Position numbers and translations under genes: made by a program
The notes under the pieces: model-generated
The model's input: the letters and a program-made list of their open reading frames with translations, nothing else
Told to the model about the DNA's origin: nothing
Database searches by the model: none
NCBI RefSeq assembly: GCF_020745735.1
Contig: NC_083429.1
Span: 3,077,139 to 3,141,138, forward strand
Source of the DNA: Hemiscyllium ocellatum
Lineage: Eukaryota
Reading direction: 5' to 3'
Length of the DNA: 64,000 nt
Part shown: piece after piece, positions 11,296 to 24,817 of the stretch
How positions within the stretch are numbered: position 1 is the stretch's first letter
Layout: the number at the start of each line of letters is the position of its first letter

Positions 11296-13464
11296 ACCTA
11301 TTGCATATATCGATGATCTAGATGAGAACGCACAGGCATGATGACGACACTAAAATGGGCAGCATCATGGAGAGTGAGGGAGGTTATCAGGAATTTCAGA
11401 AATTTCCACAGTACCTTGATCAGCTGGAGAAGTGGACTGAGAAATGGAAGATGCATTTTAATACAGATCGGTGTAAGTTCTTGCATTTTAGATAATCGAG
11501 TCAAGGTTGGAGTTTCATGGTGAATGATTGGGCCGTAAGGAGTGTAGTGAAATAGAGGGACCTTGGAGTTCAGGTGCACGGTTCTCGGAAAGTTGATTCA
11601 CAGGTAGAAAGCGCAGTGAAGAAGGCTTTTGTCACACTGACCTTTATCGGTCAGAGCACTGACTATCGAAGTTGAGGAGTTACATAGCAATTATACAGAA
11701 AGCTGGTGAGGCATTATTTGAAGCATCATGATCAGTTTTGTTCACTTTGCTACAGGAAGAATGTTATTAAACTGGAAAGAATGCAGAAGAAATTTACAAC
11801 GATGTTGCCAAGGTGTTAATGGTCTGAGCTTTAGGGAGAGGTTGAACAAGCTAGGACTTTTTACTGTAGAGTATATGAGACCGAGAGGTATCTTATAGAC
11901 GCTTAAAAGGAACACGGGAGATATGGATAGAGTGAATGCACCCAGTCTTTTCTTCTCAAGACTGGACAGCAATCACGGACTAGAGGGCATCAGTTTAAGG
12001 TCAGGGGATAAGAATAAAAGGGAAACTGAGCAGCAATGGTCTTTATACACATCTTGGTATGCATATGGAATGAACTGCCAGGGGATGTGGTTGAGCTGGA
12101 TACATTAACAACATTTATAAGGTATTTGGACAAATACATGGATAGAGTAAAATTCTAAGTATGCAGGGCAATGGCAGGGAAGTGGGTTCATGTGAATGGA
12201 CATTTTGTTCAGAATGGACCACTTTGAGCTGAAGGACCTGTGTCCGTGCTCTAGGACTCTGTGACTCGAACAAACATTGCTTTTCGCCCACTGACTGTTA
12301 TATTGTACTTTCCCAATTTACTGGAGCGAACTTGACCATCTACCCTCCGGGCTTCCATGATTTTTTATCAGAATGTTCACACATTTGATATTGTATGAGG
12401 ACGCCATCTAAAATGCACATTATTAACGTCACTATTCCTCAAAAGCTGCTTCAGAGTAATGTTAGTAATTAGTCTTTCTTACCACGCAACACCAACTCCG
12501 AAATAACCTGCTCTCTCGCTTGGTTGAGGTGGATACATTAACAACATACACTTCAACACACCTCATACACACTTATGGAATTTATTTTTCACACCATGAG
12601 CAGTCACTTAATTAACGAAGTTTAGATACAACTTGAGACCATCCAATACAACTGCAGTATTCACATTACTTGCTTGTGCAATTTCCAGAGCACATGATGT
12701 GCAGATTTTCTGCTACCGTTTTGGTGTAGATATATAAAACACCAATGTTTGCTTCTCCTTGCTATTTATAATCTTTAACTAAACTGATTCTGTGAAAGCT
12801 GAGGGACATGATTTGTGTCGTAATTATTGATAGACATGGACAAGACATTCGGGGATGCTCACCTCGACGCTGGGATGATCTGAATAAATGTCCAACAATA
12901 CAGGACAGGCATTAACAATCTTACCCGCTCTGCCAGGATAAGTGTAACTGTATTCTGTCTGCTCTCTCACACTCACTGTCTACCTTTTATAGCACCTACT
13001 CCCGAAAAAGGCAGGCTCAGGCACTAACGCTCTCACTATAGAATTCAGCAACTTCCTTCCCTCACTTTCTCTGTCACTTATGCAAAAGCCTCAACACCAA
13101 TAACACGAATGAATACATCATTGTGGACAGACTCCCTCAGGACACCTCACCAGGCCACCCACCCCCACGCTCACAACCTCCTTCCCTTTCTCACATTCCA
13201 GGAGAAACAGCCTGGAATAGGACAGAAAAAGTCAAACACAGGTAGTCCAGTGCCTGATATCTGTTCCCTCTCCCCTCCCTATGTCGTGTGTGGAGGACCT
13301 TGGTACATGCCAAAGAGGACCGGGACAACTTGTGTGTAGATTCTGAAACATGCACGTCCTACCAACCGAGTAAGGAGCAATGATCAGCGAAGGGCAATTC
13401 TCACTTTAAACCCACTAGCAGTTCCAGCGTCAGCTCTCCCACTCTCAAAAAAAGATACCTAATT

Positions 13465-13680
13465 GCACAGAGACGCAGGCATAGAATTACATAGAGATAT
13501 TGGCAAATACTCCAATGTACGAACATGTAGAATATGTACAAGGAGACAAGCATACACACACATTGGAGCACACAAAGACATATACAGTCACGCTCAATAG
13601 AAACAAACACAGATAGAAATACACAGGCTGTTACACAGAGAGACGGAGGCAAACAAATACTCATCTAACAACACAAATAG
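13465..13680. repeat. Degenerate (CA/CAGA)n low-complexity tract
   Basis: ACACA/ACAGA-rich; similar tract at 28400-28510. Confidence 0.7.
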
Positions 13681-13989
13681 ATCAGTTTTTGATTTATAAG
13701 TGGATCAAAGATTCTAGGCAAAAGGCAGAAGAGTTAGAGGAACATATAAGAAATTATTGAACGGCATATCAGACTCGATGGGTTGAATGGTCTAAATTTG
13801 CTCCTTTTCTAATTCTAGTGTGGTGTTAGGCATTCAGGAATTTTCTTCCTGAGACAGCAGCAGAGGCTGGGTTTGATAAGTACTTGACCAGAAAGAGACA
13901 GTGGGAATAGGACAGGTTTGGAGTGCGGATTGGCTATGCCTAATTACTGTATCTTTATCTATGAAAATAGGTGATGATTTGATGTTGGG

Positions 13990-14190
13990 TTAACAAATAC
14001 TACGGGCAATTTAGCATGGCCAATTCACCATACCCACACAACTTTGGACAGTGGGAGGAAACCGGAGCACCCAGAGGAAACCGACGCAAACACGGGGAGA
14101 ACGTGCAAACTCCACACAGTGAGTCGCCAGAGGCAGGAAATGAACCAGGGTCTCTGGCGCTGTGAGGCAGCAGTGCTAGCTGCCGTGCCT
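13990..14190 (-). mobile_element. HE1-type SINE
   Basis: Reverse complement of the SINE head and body (GGAAACCGGAGCACCCAGAGGAAACC; TGTGAGGCAGCAGTGCTA). Confidence 0.9.
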
Positions 14191-14984
14191 CCCACTTGTG
14201 ATACCTTTTGGAAAATCTCTGGAAAGCCTCGTGTCTTCCAGGTCCCCTTTATCAATTGCACTTGTTACGTTCTCAGTGATCTCCAGAAACACTTTGCATG
14301 AACTTAAAGGGCAAAATATAATTTCCCGTTCACAAAACCGCACTGACTCTGCGTGAACCTTTTCTAAATGTACATGCTGGCCAGGTTTTCCAAACTAAAT
14401 TAGTCCCACCTTCTTGCTTTTGGCCGACATGCCTCTAAATGTTTCCCATTCATATGTTTGTCCAAATGTCTTTTCAATGTTACGATTGTACATGGAGCAG
14501 CCACACTTCCTCTGGCAGCTCATTCCATACCCTCACCACCCTTTGTGTCAAAACGTTGCTCCTTCGTCCCTTTTAAATATTACCCTTTTCACCTTAACGC
14601 TATGCCTTCTATGTTTGAACTCCCCCATCCTGTGGAAAAGACCTTGACTATTCACCCTATCCATGTCGCCCATGACTTTCTCATTTATATACTGTCACAC
14701 ATCAATCTCCTACACTCCATCTGATACTAACTTCAAGATCAAGCATTTAAAAATAAACATCGCAAATTTGAAACAATACTAAAAGTGGCTGGTAAACAAC
14801 ACACAGTACAAATTTCATATTGTGATTCGCTTTTCTCTATGCTACAAGGCTAAGGCAGCATGAAACCTTTACTAGTGCCAATAAGCAGTCAAACACCTGA
14901 AATCATTTTTCTACAGGGAGTGATGATCTCTATAGTGAAAACTTACTTCTGGCCAGATGTACATAATACCACATCGTTAACAGT

Positions 14985-15300
14985 CACCCTCTTGGCCTCC
15001 CTATGACCTTGACTGGTTGTGTGTTCTTTATCTTGCACTCAAGAGAAGGAACCTCTTTCCCCCATTCATATCTTAATTTACACCCGTTTTACAGCATCTT
15101 CTCGTTCGCCACTGCTAAAGGTCAGTTTATCTATTGTCACAAGCTCTTTTCCCTGTCATCCATCTCCCACCTCTGGCAAGGAATCAAAAGCCCATTTTCT
15201 GATCATTTTCAGTTCTGAAGAAGTGCCACACTGGACTTGAAACGCTAACACGATTTCTCTGTCTCTGAAGACGCTGCCAGGCCTGTGGAATTTCTCCAGA
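14985..15300 (+). mobile_element. PLE 3' tail with hammerhead-like motif (paralog of 2460-2790)
   Basis: CTGAAGAAGTGCCACACTGGACTTGAAACGCTA at 15215. Confidence 0.65.
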
Positions 15301-15439
15301 AATGAATAGGAACAGCACAAATATTTAACTCAGCAAATAATTATGGATAATGGACATGAAAATGCAAACATTTCCAAACAGATTGGGAGCTTCGTAGAAG
15401 GGTCACTGGAAGAATTAAATCACAGATATTACAGATAAA

Positions 15440-16745
15440 ACTGGGTTAACATGTGATGCTGAAAAACCACAACAGAAGCAGAATTTGTTTCAATCATAGT
15501 CTGTAACATTTTTCCCAGGATAATCCATCAGTCTACTATTACCATCAAGCCAATCCATAGTTAAGTGACGAGTGTGTATGAACATGCCAGAGTCAGAACC
15601 ATGTGTAGCTAAACTCGGTAAAGCTATCGCACTGGATTGGTTACACTCCAAACAGCGGAACTAACATCTGATGAAGAGGGAGAATTGATCTCAATTCAAT
15701 GAGGTCACATCTAAGCTCTGCACTACTGCCATATCCAGGGATAAAGGTCAATGGAACATGAACCAACTTACTGGAGGAGAGGACTTCTGAAATATCCCCA
15801 TCCTAAATAACGGAACAGCCGTGTACATCTGTGTAAAAGACAAGGATATAGTATCTACATCATCCTCCGCCAGAAGAGTGGTGCTGACGATACACCTCAT
15901 CCACACCATGATACCCACAAAATCACAGATGCCAGTCTTTAACCGATTCGAATCGCTGCACGTGACATGAAGAAACAGCTGAAGACAATTGATACGATAA
16001 AGGCAATGGGCGCTGACACCATTACTGCAATAGGACTGAAGATCTGTACTGCACAACAAGCCATGTCCCTGGGGAAGCTGTTTCATTCCAGATCCAACTC
16101 TGACATCTCCCTGGCAATGTGGAAAATCAGTCAGCTATGTCCAGTCCCCTAAGAGGAGAATAATTACAATCTGATCGATTACCACCCCCTCTGTCCCATC
16201 ATGATATTCAAACCAAACGGAGTCATTTCCGACAGATCTATCAAGCAGCACAGAAATAACCTGCTCAGTGTGGTTTCTGATAGGTCCTCATGTGAAGATG
16301 GTGGAAATGTCACTTGATTACTAATCCAGACCAGGCCAAAGCTCTGGCAGCGGGTGGAAGTTAAAACAGTTAATAAAACATCGAGTTGTAAATTCTGGTC
16401 AGTAGTAGTGATCTTGAAGCCAATTTGTAAAAAACAATTTCCTTCCCCAATGTACTTTGAGGAAGTGAATCTCCCGTGCTTTCTTGGTCTGACCGAAAAC
16501 TGACTCTGAACAAACAGACATGTGATACACTCTTCAATGGTCTCGAAATTGGCCAATGAAGACACTCAATAGCATGAAACTGCTCTGAGGTCTTAAAGGA
16601 TAAACCCGGGCAGAACACTTGGCACCAGCGTCAGTATCAGAAAAGGGAATGGGAAACACAGTCCTGTTGTCCCTGCAGAGACCTCCTTCTTAACATCTGA
16701 GAGATTCTGACAACATTGACAAAGCTTTTCCAGAGACTGCACAGA
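15440..16745 (+). mobile_element. L2/Jockey-group LINE fragment plus SacSINE1-like head (paralog of 3330-4670)
   Basis: ORF 15967-16152 KKQLKTIDTIKAMGADTITAIGLKICTAQ...WKISQLCPVP. Confidence 0.8.
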
Positions 16746-18049
16746 AACATCGGAAAATAAGTTGGTCAATCAACACACTGAGCCTCCCTCCATTCCAACA
16801 CATGGAGGAAATCTCCTCAATGCAGTTTTCCCAAATAATAGTCATATCCCACAACATGATTAAACATTGGAAAAATATAAAATAGGAACTACAGTAGTAG
16901 AATGTTCTACCCCATTCAATATAATGACAGCTGATTCTTTATCTGCACACCATAAGCCTGTTATCGCCACTCTTTTACTGTCTATAAATCCTTGTGTATA
17001 ATCAATGGCTTGGTTTCCACAGCCTGATCTGGGAGGGAATTCCCTAGGTTCACCACTTTCTGAGTCGAGACATTTGTTCTCATCTCAATGCCGTGTGGCC
17101 AGTCTGCACCTAATACTGTGGCCTGTGGTTTTCGATATCTCAGCCAGTGGAATTATCATCCGTGCTTCCAATCTGTCTCACCCTGTCAGAGTCTCATATG
17201 TTTCACTGAGATCTCGCACACTTTGCTAAACACCATGGAATACAGGCCCAGTCGCGTCAAACCCTGCTCCCACAGCAAGCCTGTCATCCCAGAGTTCAGT
17301 CTGGTCATCCTTCACTGCTCTCCCTCAATGTCAGGATTGTTCTTTATTAGAGAAGGAGACCAAAACTGCACACAATACTATACAATGTTCGAGATGGGGT
17401 CTCACCAAGGCCCTGTTCAGCTGCAGTAAGACAAGCTTACTCCTGGACACAAATCCCCCTGAAATGAAGGTCAACACATTACTTATCTTACAAACTGCTT
17501 TCTGTTCCTGCAATATTGCTTTCAGTGACTGATGTACAGGGAGATCCAGATCATTTTCAAAGTTACAGCTCCCGACTTGCTGGGTCTATATACGCTGGTC
17601 AGCGTGTCAATTCCATTCGCAGTATTGACTTCTGGATTCAGAACTCACTACCCTGCATGGACCTCAGAGGGCTGCACAGATGGAAGCAAATAAAGGAGCA
17701 CAAGTCCCTTTACAGATCAAAATTTTTGAACTAATCCCTTTTCAAGTGGTCGGCTGCTGTTCTATTTATCCAACGAAGTGCACAACGTCACATCTATTCA
17801 CACTGCTCTGCATCTGCCAAATATTCACTCCACTTCTCTCAATTAATTCAGAGCATTTCTAATCCTCCTCACTCACTGACAATCCAAAATGGTTTAGTCT
17901 GTCAGCAGGCTGGGAAATACTGCATTTGGTTCCCTCAACCAAATGTTGGAGGTGTGTTTGGAACAGTTGGGACCCAATCCCCGATGCCTGTGATACAACA
18001 TGAGCCTTCGTCTCCAAGAAAAATGTTCTTTTATTCCGGTGTTTCTGGT

Positions 18050-18830
18050 TCTAGGTCTCCTTTGCTGGAGCTTGTACACTCTGACTTGTTTATTTTCCCC
18101 CTTATTTTCTCTGCATATCTTTTCTCCCTGTAACGTACAGACCTTGTAGCTTGGACAGCATCAGCAGCAACGAGATCCCAAACATGCAGACTTTGAATGA
18201 ACTCAGGGCATGGCCCTCGAGAGGTCTCAAGTGGAGCACGGTGTATGGACCTTGAGGTGAGCCCAGTGCAGATTATAGTGTGTCTCTACTTACTTTTCCG
18301 TAGCAAGCACAGGACCTAGAATTGCAGACTGCTACATCAGCAGTGGCAACGTGTGTTAGATAGGCCCAGTAGCAATAGGTGATGCCAGAGGATCGGGGTC
18401 TTCGTTGTTGGTTGGTCGGTGCATTGGTGCTGATGAAGTATACATTGGAAGGACATCATGGCAACATCGATGAGTTGGGCACAACAGTAAGAGACATTTC
18501 TCTGATATTGGAGGGTCTAGCACTCGTGGCGACGAGGCCATGATGGAAGAGTATTGGCCCAGCGGCAAAGATGGCCCTTGAGGATCAGCAAGTTTGATGT
18601 TGGTGGCCTCTGGTGTAGATGGAGATGAAGCTGGTGTCCAGTGATGGTGGATGCAGTTGTCACCGATAGGAAGGAGCTGACTCAGGATCGATGCACATTC
18701 TTCCAGCTAGACCTTTTTATTAAATACTCGGTATACAAATTATTTAAAACGGTGCCAGTTTGATGCAGAAAGGTCTTGCATTTACCTGTAAACTATACCT
18801 GAGGGTAAACTCAAAATCGATATCAAAATA
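18050..18830 (+). mobile_element. Unclassified interspersed repeat inserted in unit B only
   Basis: About 780 bp absent from unit A; GGTGG/GGCAGC-rich body and AT-rich tail; splits a CR1 fragment. Confidence 0.5.
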
Positions 18831-21129
18831 TTCCATTCATTGTTTCGTGCCAGCTATGCTGTGCTAAGGCCATGTCTATACGTTAGCCCCATTTCCATCA
18901 GATGTGATGCTGCACACTAGTTTTGGGACTTTACCGAAAAAACTTTCCAAAAATTCAAATACACTAGATCCATTGCTTCACCATACTTGACTTACCAGCC
19001 AGTATCTCAAGTATGATTCCCATTTCATAAATTTATGCTGAAGTTGTCTCTGTTCATTTTTACTAATTTCATTCTTTTTTTCACCTGACTTTGGTTTCCT
19101 AGTCGTGCTGGGAAGTTTTTTTTTTGTTTTGTTGATATTCTCATCTGTGAAGGCAGAATTGAAGTACTTGCTTCACAGTTCTGCCATTTCCCTGTTTCCA
19201 ATCTCCATTCTCTGGTTTCAGATTGTAGGAACTGCTATTTTTCGTTTACTTTCACAATAACATACTTTTAGAAGCTATTGTAGTTGAGTCGCATAACCTT
19301 TATTAATACATGTTTTCAGAACACAGCAATTTCTGCCTTAATCTGCTCAATGAGTACCTTCCATAATCATACAATCAGAGAAGGAGATATTCTGCACCAT
19401 CAGAAGTACAGCATGATACACATTATTCCCACATTTCTACATGCGGTCTGTAGCCAGGAATGTTATGAGAGTCTGATGCTGGTCCATGTATTGCGAGGTG
19501 ACCCACGACAACACACCCTCAGAGAGTGCATTCCAGACCACAACACTCTCTGGGTGAAAAACAATTGTAAACTTATCTCTAAACCTCAAAGCCTACACAA
19601 TAAATGTCTTATCAATTGTTCTTGGCCTTTTGAATAAAAGGAACAGCTACTGTCTGATCACCTTGTCCATGTCCCTTGTAATGTTATCCTTCTGAATCAC
19701 GTCCCCTTCAGCCGTATCTGCTCCAAAATAAACAACCCGAATTTATCCAATCTCTCTTCATTCTTGATAATCTCCATCCCAGGAAACATCCTGGTGAATC
19801 TCCTCTTCACCCCCTCCAGTGCAATCACGTTCTTACTGCAATGTAGCTCCCAGAACTGAACGCAGCATTCTATCTATGGCCTAACCAATGGCGTGTTTAC
19901 ATCATATTATGTCCGCCTCGAAGAATAAACAAAATGCCTACAGTCCCATGTGCTTTCTTAACTAGCTTATTACCCTGTTCAATCACATTCAGAGATGTGT
20001 GGAGAAGTACCCTCTGAGCTTCCTAGTGTGCTGCCATTCATTGAGTATTCTCCTGTCTGGCTCCTTCTTCCGAAGTGCATCACTTCATATTTATCAGGTT
20101 TACATTCCATCTGCCATTGATCTGCCCATCTGACCATTCCATCTGTATCATCCTGTTAAATAAGGCCTCCCTTCTAACTGCCCATCACCTGGCTAATCTC
20201 TGTGTCAAACACAATCTTACCTATCACATGCCCCAATTCCCCTTTAATACGACCCCTCCACATTCACATTTACATCACAAATAATAAAATACACTGCACT
20301 GCTCCCTGTGGTACACCAATAGACACTGGCCTATCTCCACCACATTTTCTGTCATGTGGGACCATATTAGCTGAGCCCCAGTTCTCTGGAACCTCCCTTG
20401 TGTTCAGATTTGACTTAAACATTTGGTCAGATCATTTCCTCTATTTTCTGAAACATTATCCTGTGTTACAACTCACATGGACTTTACATAATTCCAACTT
20501 GCATCTTAGTTGCGCGCTCACAATGCATCTTCTCGAATTGTGTTCCTACATCCTTCGTCTCCCAGCTATAACAGATGCGAAGCACTCATGTAACAATCCA
20601 TCAATGTTCTCCAGCTTCACATACTGATTGCCCCCAAGGTTTCTAATTGGCTCAAAATGTTCCCTGGTTATTCTGTTCTACTTGATGTTTTTTGCAGAGT
20701 ATCTTGGGATTCTCTCTAACCTTGCTTTCTGCACTTCTTCAAGGACCTATATTAGTAAGTTTCCTGTGTGTGAATTTTCTAAGTTTCCCTGAGATCACCT
20801 CAAATTCTTTGATACAGTGCAGAACACAGGTATAATCTCATCCGCACTCCATGCAGCCTGTGCAGAACGTCTGTACTTCTATGTTCCCGTTCCCTTTAAA
20901 TTAAGGCCAACTTCAATTTCACCTTTCCATTTCCAAATGTCCCTTATGAACAGCTTTGGTTTTCTATTATTTACTACTCACTGTCTGAGCTCTTAAACCT
21001 GAATATCTGACTACATCACACCTATTGGTTTTCCATTGTCTCTGTCTACAAGAAACACCTTCAAACAATTTTTAAAACAGTCATTAAAGGTGATTTCTTT
21101 TTGGGCAAGATCAAAGATATTGGCGACCT

Positions 21130-24100
21130 CGTAGGTTTGCCCTGCTTAGCTCTACACCAGAAACCAGACAGAGTAGTTCATTCACCTTCTCTTTCTTACC
21201 CATTGTAGTAAAAATACTGATCCCCTGTATTGCTGTATGTCAGTTGAAGTGAGTAAGGGAAATGACTAAGCGAAAGGACCAATTGGATCGCAACTAGCAG
21301 GCCTTGCCCAGTGGCAACGGATGCCCCCGTGACCATGCCGTCGGCCTTGGCGAACCGGCCAGGGGACTTAACATTAGAGCAGAACTTGGTCATGGAGTAT
21401 GTAAAACTTGGAGAGAAGATTTATCCAGAGATGGAGAAGTCTCATACCAGGCTGGAACCGATCTCGGCCATGCTGCAGAAGCATGAGTAGGAGATGCCGC
21501 GTCTCAGACACATGGCATGGAGGTGGAGCAGCGGACTGTGTCCTCTGAAACTGCAGTGGAATCCTCAACAGGTCCGGTCCAGGCCTTGGGATGGCGGGTA
21601 CCGGACGTGGAGGAGCTGGTCTACTTCGAATGTCGAGGCAATCATAAGTATATCCACCTGGTCGGGCTGGCGGAAGGGGAAGAAGAAGGCCAGCACGACG
21701 GTTTTTGGAGCAATGGCTTCGTTAGTTTTTGAAGGTGGAATTCGAGGCGGGCCGGATGCAGATCGAGCAGGCCCACCAAGTCGCAATGCGCAAGCCCGGG
21801 CCAGATCAGTACACCCGCCTCGTACAACTTGTACAACTCCAGCACTATGGAGAGAAACAAATGGTTCTCCAACACTGGGAAGGATCCACAAGCTCTGATA
21901 TCCAAAGAATAATGAATTATGTTTTTCCAGGACCTTTCTCTGGCTATGTTCCACAAGAGGCTGGCTTTTGATAGGGTGAAAAGGAGGCTGAGGGGATTGA
22001 ATATTCAGTATACTGTAAGACAACCGACAATATTACTTTTCAACCACGGAGGGTCCGTGTTTAATTTTGACTGACTAGAAAATGCAAAGGACTTCATGAA
22101 CACCTTAAGATAGATTGGCTGGCTCAAATAATGTCGACAATCATGTTCTCTTTGATTCCTCTGTGGTTTGCCTCGTTTACCTGGTTTTGTTTTTATTTGT
22201 AATATTTGGGGGTCCCATTCATTTCTCTTTCTCTCTTTTCTCCTTTGTTCCTCCCCTCCCATTATCCATTGTTTTTTTTTTCTCATGTCTTCCATATCCA
22301 TCATTTTTTTTTCGTTTCACTCTCTTAGTATGGAATGGGAGCAGTATTTATTGTGGGGTTGGGGGCGGGGGGCGTTGCATTTGTTTCACCATGATTTCCT
22401 TAAATACGGATTGGACGGGTTGAGTGCCCACTTTTAATTTTCTTCTTGTAACTCACATGTAACGTTTTGTCTGGGTTTGGGGAGCAGCTTCAGCTAGTAG
22501 GAGCCAAGGGGGCTTAGTGGGTAATATGAACATTCCCTATGGGTAAGGAGGGAAAATCTCCTCTTATTCGTGATTTTTGTTGGTTCATTGTACAAGGGGT
22601 TTTTAGGAGTTTTGAGTTGGAAGTTCTTGCTGTTGTATTTTCAACTTTATACGAACTGCTTACCACTTTCGCTCGGTATGCAATAAAAGGGATCCTTCCT
22701 CATAGGGGGCCATGGACTGTTTCAAATGGCTATGGCTAATCGCTCGATTAAATGGTGCATCTGGAAAGTTAAGGGGAATCATTCACCAATTTATGCTTTC
22801 AAGCCTTAGAAAGGAAAGTGTCAATGTAGCCTTGGTGCCAGAAGAAAAAATCTAATCGATAACGAAACTTTAAAGTTAGAGAAGAGAGAGTTTGGCTGTG
22901 TGTTATTTTCATCCTTTAATTGAAGATGTAGAGGAGTAGCTTTTCTCATTCAGAACAACCTTCTATATCAGTTGTTTGAACACATTAAGGACGAATATCA
23001 GCTGTTTCTGATCCTGAAAACTTTAATACATAGACAGAAACATGGGAGAGAGCCAAAGAGTCACAGAGATGCACAACATGGTAACAGACCCTTCGGTCTA
23101 ACCCGTCCATGCCGACCAGATATCCCACCTGCCAGCAGCCAGTCCATATCCCTCCAAACCCTTCCTATTCATATATCCATCCAAATGCCTCTTAAGTATT
23201 GCAATTGTACCAGCCTCCACCACTTCCTCTAGCAGCTAATTCCATACACGATCCACCCTCAGCGTGAAAAAGTTGCCCCTCAGGTCTCCTCTATATCTTT
23301 CCACTCTCAACCTAAACCTATGCCCTCTAGTTTTGGACTCCCTGACCCCAGGAAAAAGACTTTGCCCATATATCCTTTCGATGCCCCCCATAATATTGTA
23401 AATCTCTATAAGGTCTCCCCTCAGCCTTCGCCACTTCAGTAAAAATAGCCACAGCCTGTTCAGCCTCTTCCTATTGCTCAAATCCTCCAACCCTGGCACT
23501 CTCTGAACCCGTTCAAGTTTCACAACATCTTTCCGATAGGAAGGAGACCAGAATTACACCCAACATTCCAACAGTGGCCTATACAATGTCGGCACTTTCT
23601 AGCATTTAATAGGAGGTAATGTCTCAAAGGACATTGAACAGCTGTGTGGAATTTTGGTTCAGTAATTGAGGGTGAATATCTTGTCCAGAGGAGTGGGCAG
23701 ATATTTGGAAGAATATCTGGAAGATTTTGATTTGCAATACGATGCAAGCTATGCAACTGAGGGTACTCCACAGGGTTTATTTGGCATCGGAGTGGCTTTC
23801 CAAATTTAAGCAAGGAGCGTCCCCAGTGTGCCCAAATGTAAAACAGAAGTTGGCACGCTTACTCATTGCTTATGGTCATGCCACAAACTTCGTAGGTATT
23901 GGGGCTCTATAGCGAGTGTTTTGGAATGGGTCTTGGGAACAGTGGTCAAGGTAGATCGGATGTCCCGCCTCTTGGGTTTGCCAAATCACCTATCTTTGGG
24001 AAGAGATTGTTTAATATTCTTTCATTTTGTGGGAGAGAGATCATTCTGATGAGGTGAGTGTCGGAATATCCCCCAGGATTCTCGGGGTGGTGTCGGTTCG

Positions 24101-24236
24101 TTATGGAGCACATCCCCCTGGACTTCCTTACAATTATCATGCACCAGCAAATTGAAATTTTTGATAGGACGTGTCGGCCCTTTATGAACCATATAGGCAC
24201 GGACTGATCGACTATCTTGGTCAGGGCCTTTGTGTA
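21130..24236 (+). mobile_element. L1-clade LINE: 5' UTR, ORF1, ORF2 start and ORF2 C-terminus; RT core deleted
   Basis: ORF1 from ATG at about 21272 contains RGNHKYIHLVGLAEGEE and MQIEQAHQV...PGPDQ (L1 ORF1 RRxNIRIxGLPEG/ERAHR motifs). ORF2 starts MANRSIKWCIWKVKG at about 22732. C-terminal CPKCKTEVGTLTHCLWSC zinc knuckle at 23828. Confidence 0.9.
23060..23590 (-). mobile_element. CR1/HER1 3' end inserted antisense within the L1
   Basis: ORF 23236-23523 KLERVQR...RRLRGDLIE...RGNFFTLRV..VWN. Confidence 0.92.
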
Positions 24237-24817
24237 ACCATAAGCATTGTGCCAAGTGTCCCAGATGCACCGTGGGAGGAAGAATTCTGAAGAAACACGG
24301 CTTCGCAATGCCACCTCTCGATAGACTAAGGAGCCAATTGGGACCCACAGCTGGCACATACAGTTCAAGCCATGCATCTTGCAAATTGTTCCTGAGCTTG
24401 ATAATGATGTCCCTGTGAATGCAGGGATACGAGGACCAACTGCTAGGTTAAGGTACAGAAGGACGGATATTCATGTTATAATTGGATGATTACCTGACTG
24501 ACAAATTGAATAAAGGTGGCTCTTCCCAGAGGAACAGGACAAGCTGGAGATATCAGATGTTGGGGGTGGCGTCCAATAACAAGAATAACAGCATAAAATA
24601 AATATGCTGAGAGATAAGCTCAAATGATCAGTTATATCAGATGCACAAACCGCCACACAAAATCGGACACCATAATCCAGATGAGATATCTGTTTAGCAT
24701 GGAGCACAGTGCAGACAAGGCTAGTGTACTGTTCAATGCAACTTAGTACTCTGTACAGACAGTGTGGACCACACCAGTCCGTGGGGAGCTGTGCAGTGTA
24801 TAACAGTGAATTGCTCT

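Larger units (their letters stand above)
9860..12270 (+). mobile_element. CR1 LINE ORF2 (RT through tail), degenerate, with MITE and (TA)n insertions
   Basis: SPxPDQIY...EVPENWRIGN; DFSKAFDKV; GIPQxSVLG; RLNKLGLF motifs in the correct order. Confidence 0.9.
14370..20320 (+). repeat. Segmental duplicate (unit B) of about 320-8990 (unit A)
   Basis: Same order of unique and TE blocks: 670-910 vs 14720-14960, 3330-4860 vs 15440-16920, 5490-7330 vs 16950-17820, 7730-8990 vs 19010-20285. Confidence 0.9.
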
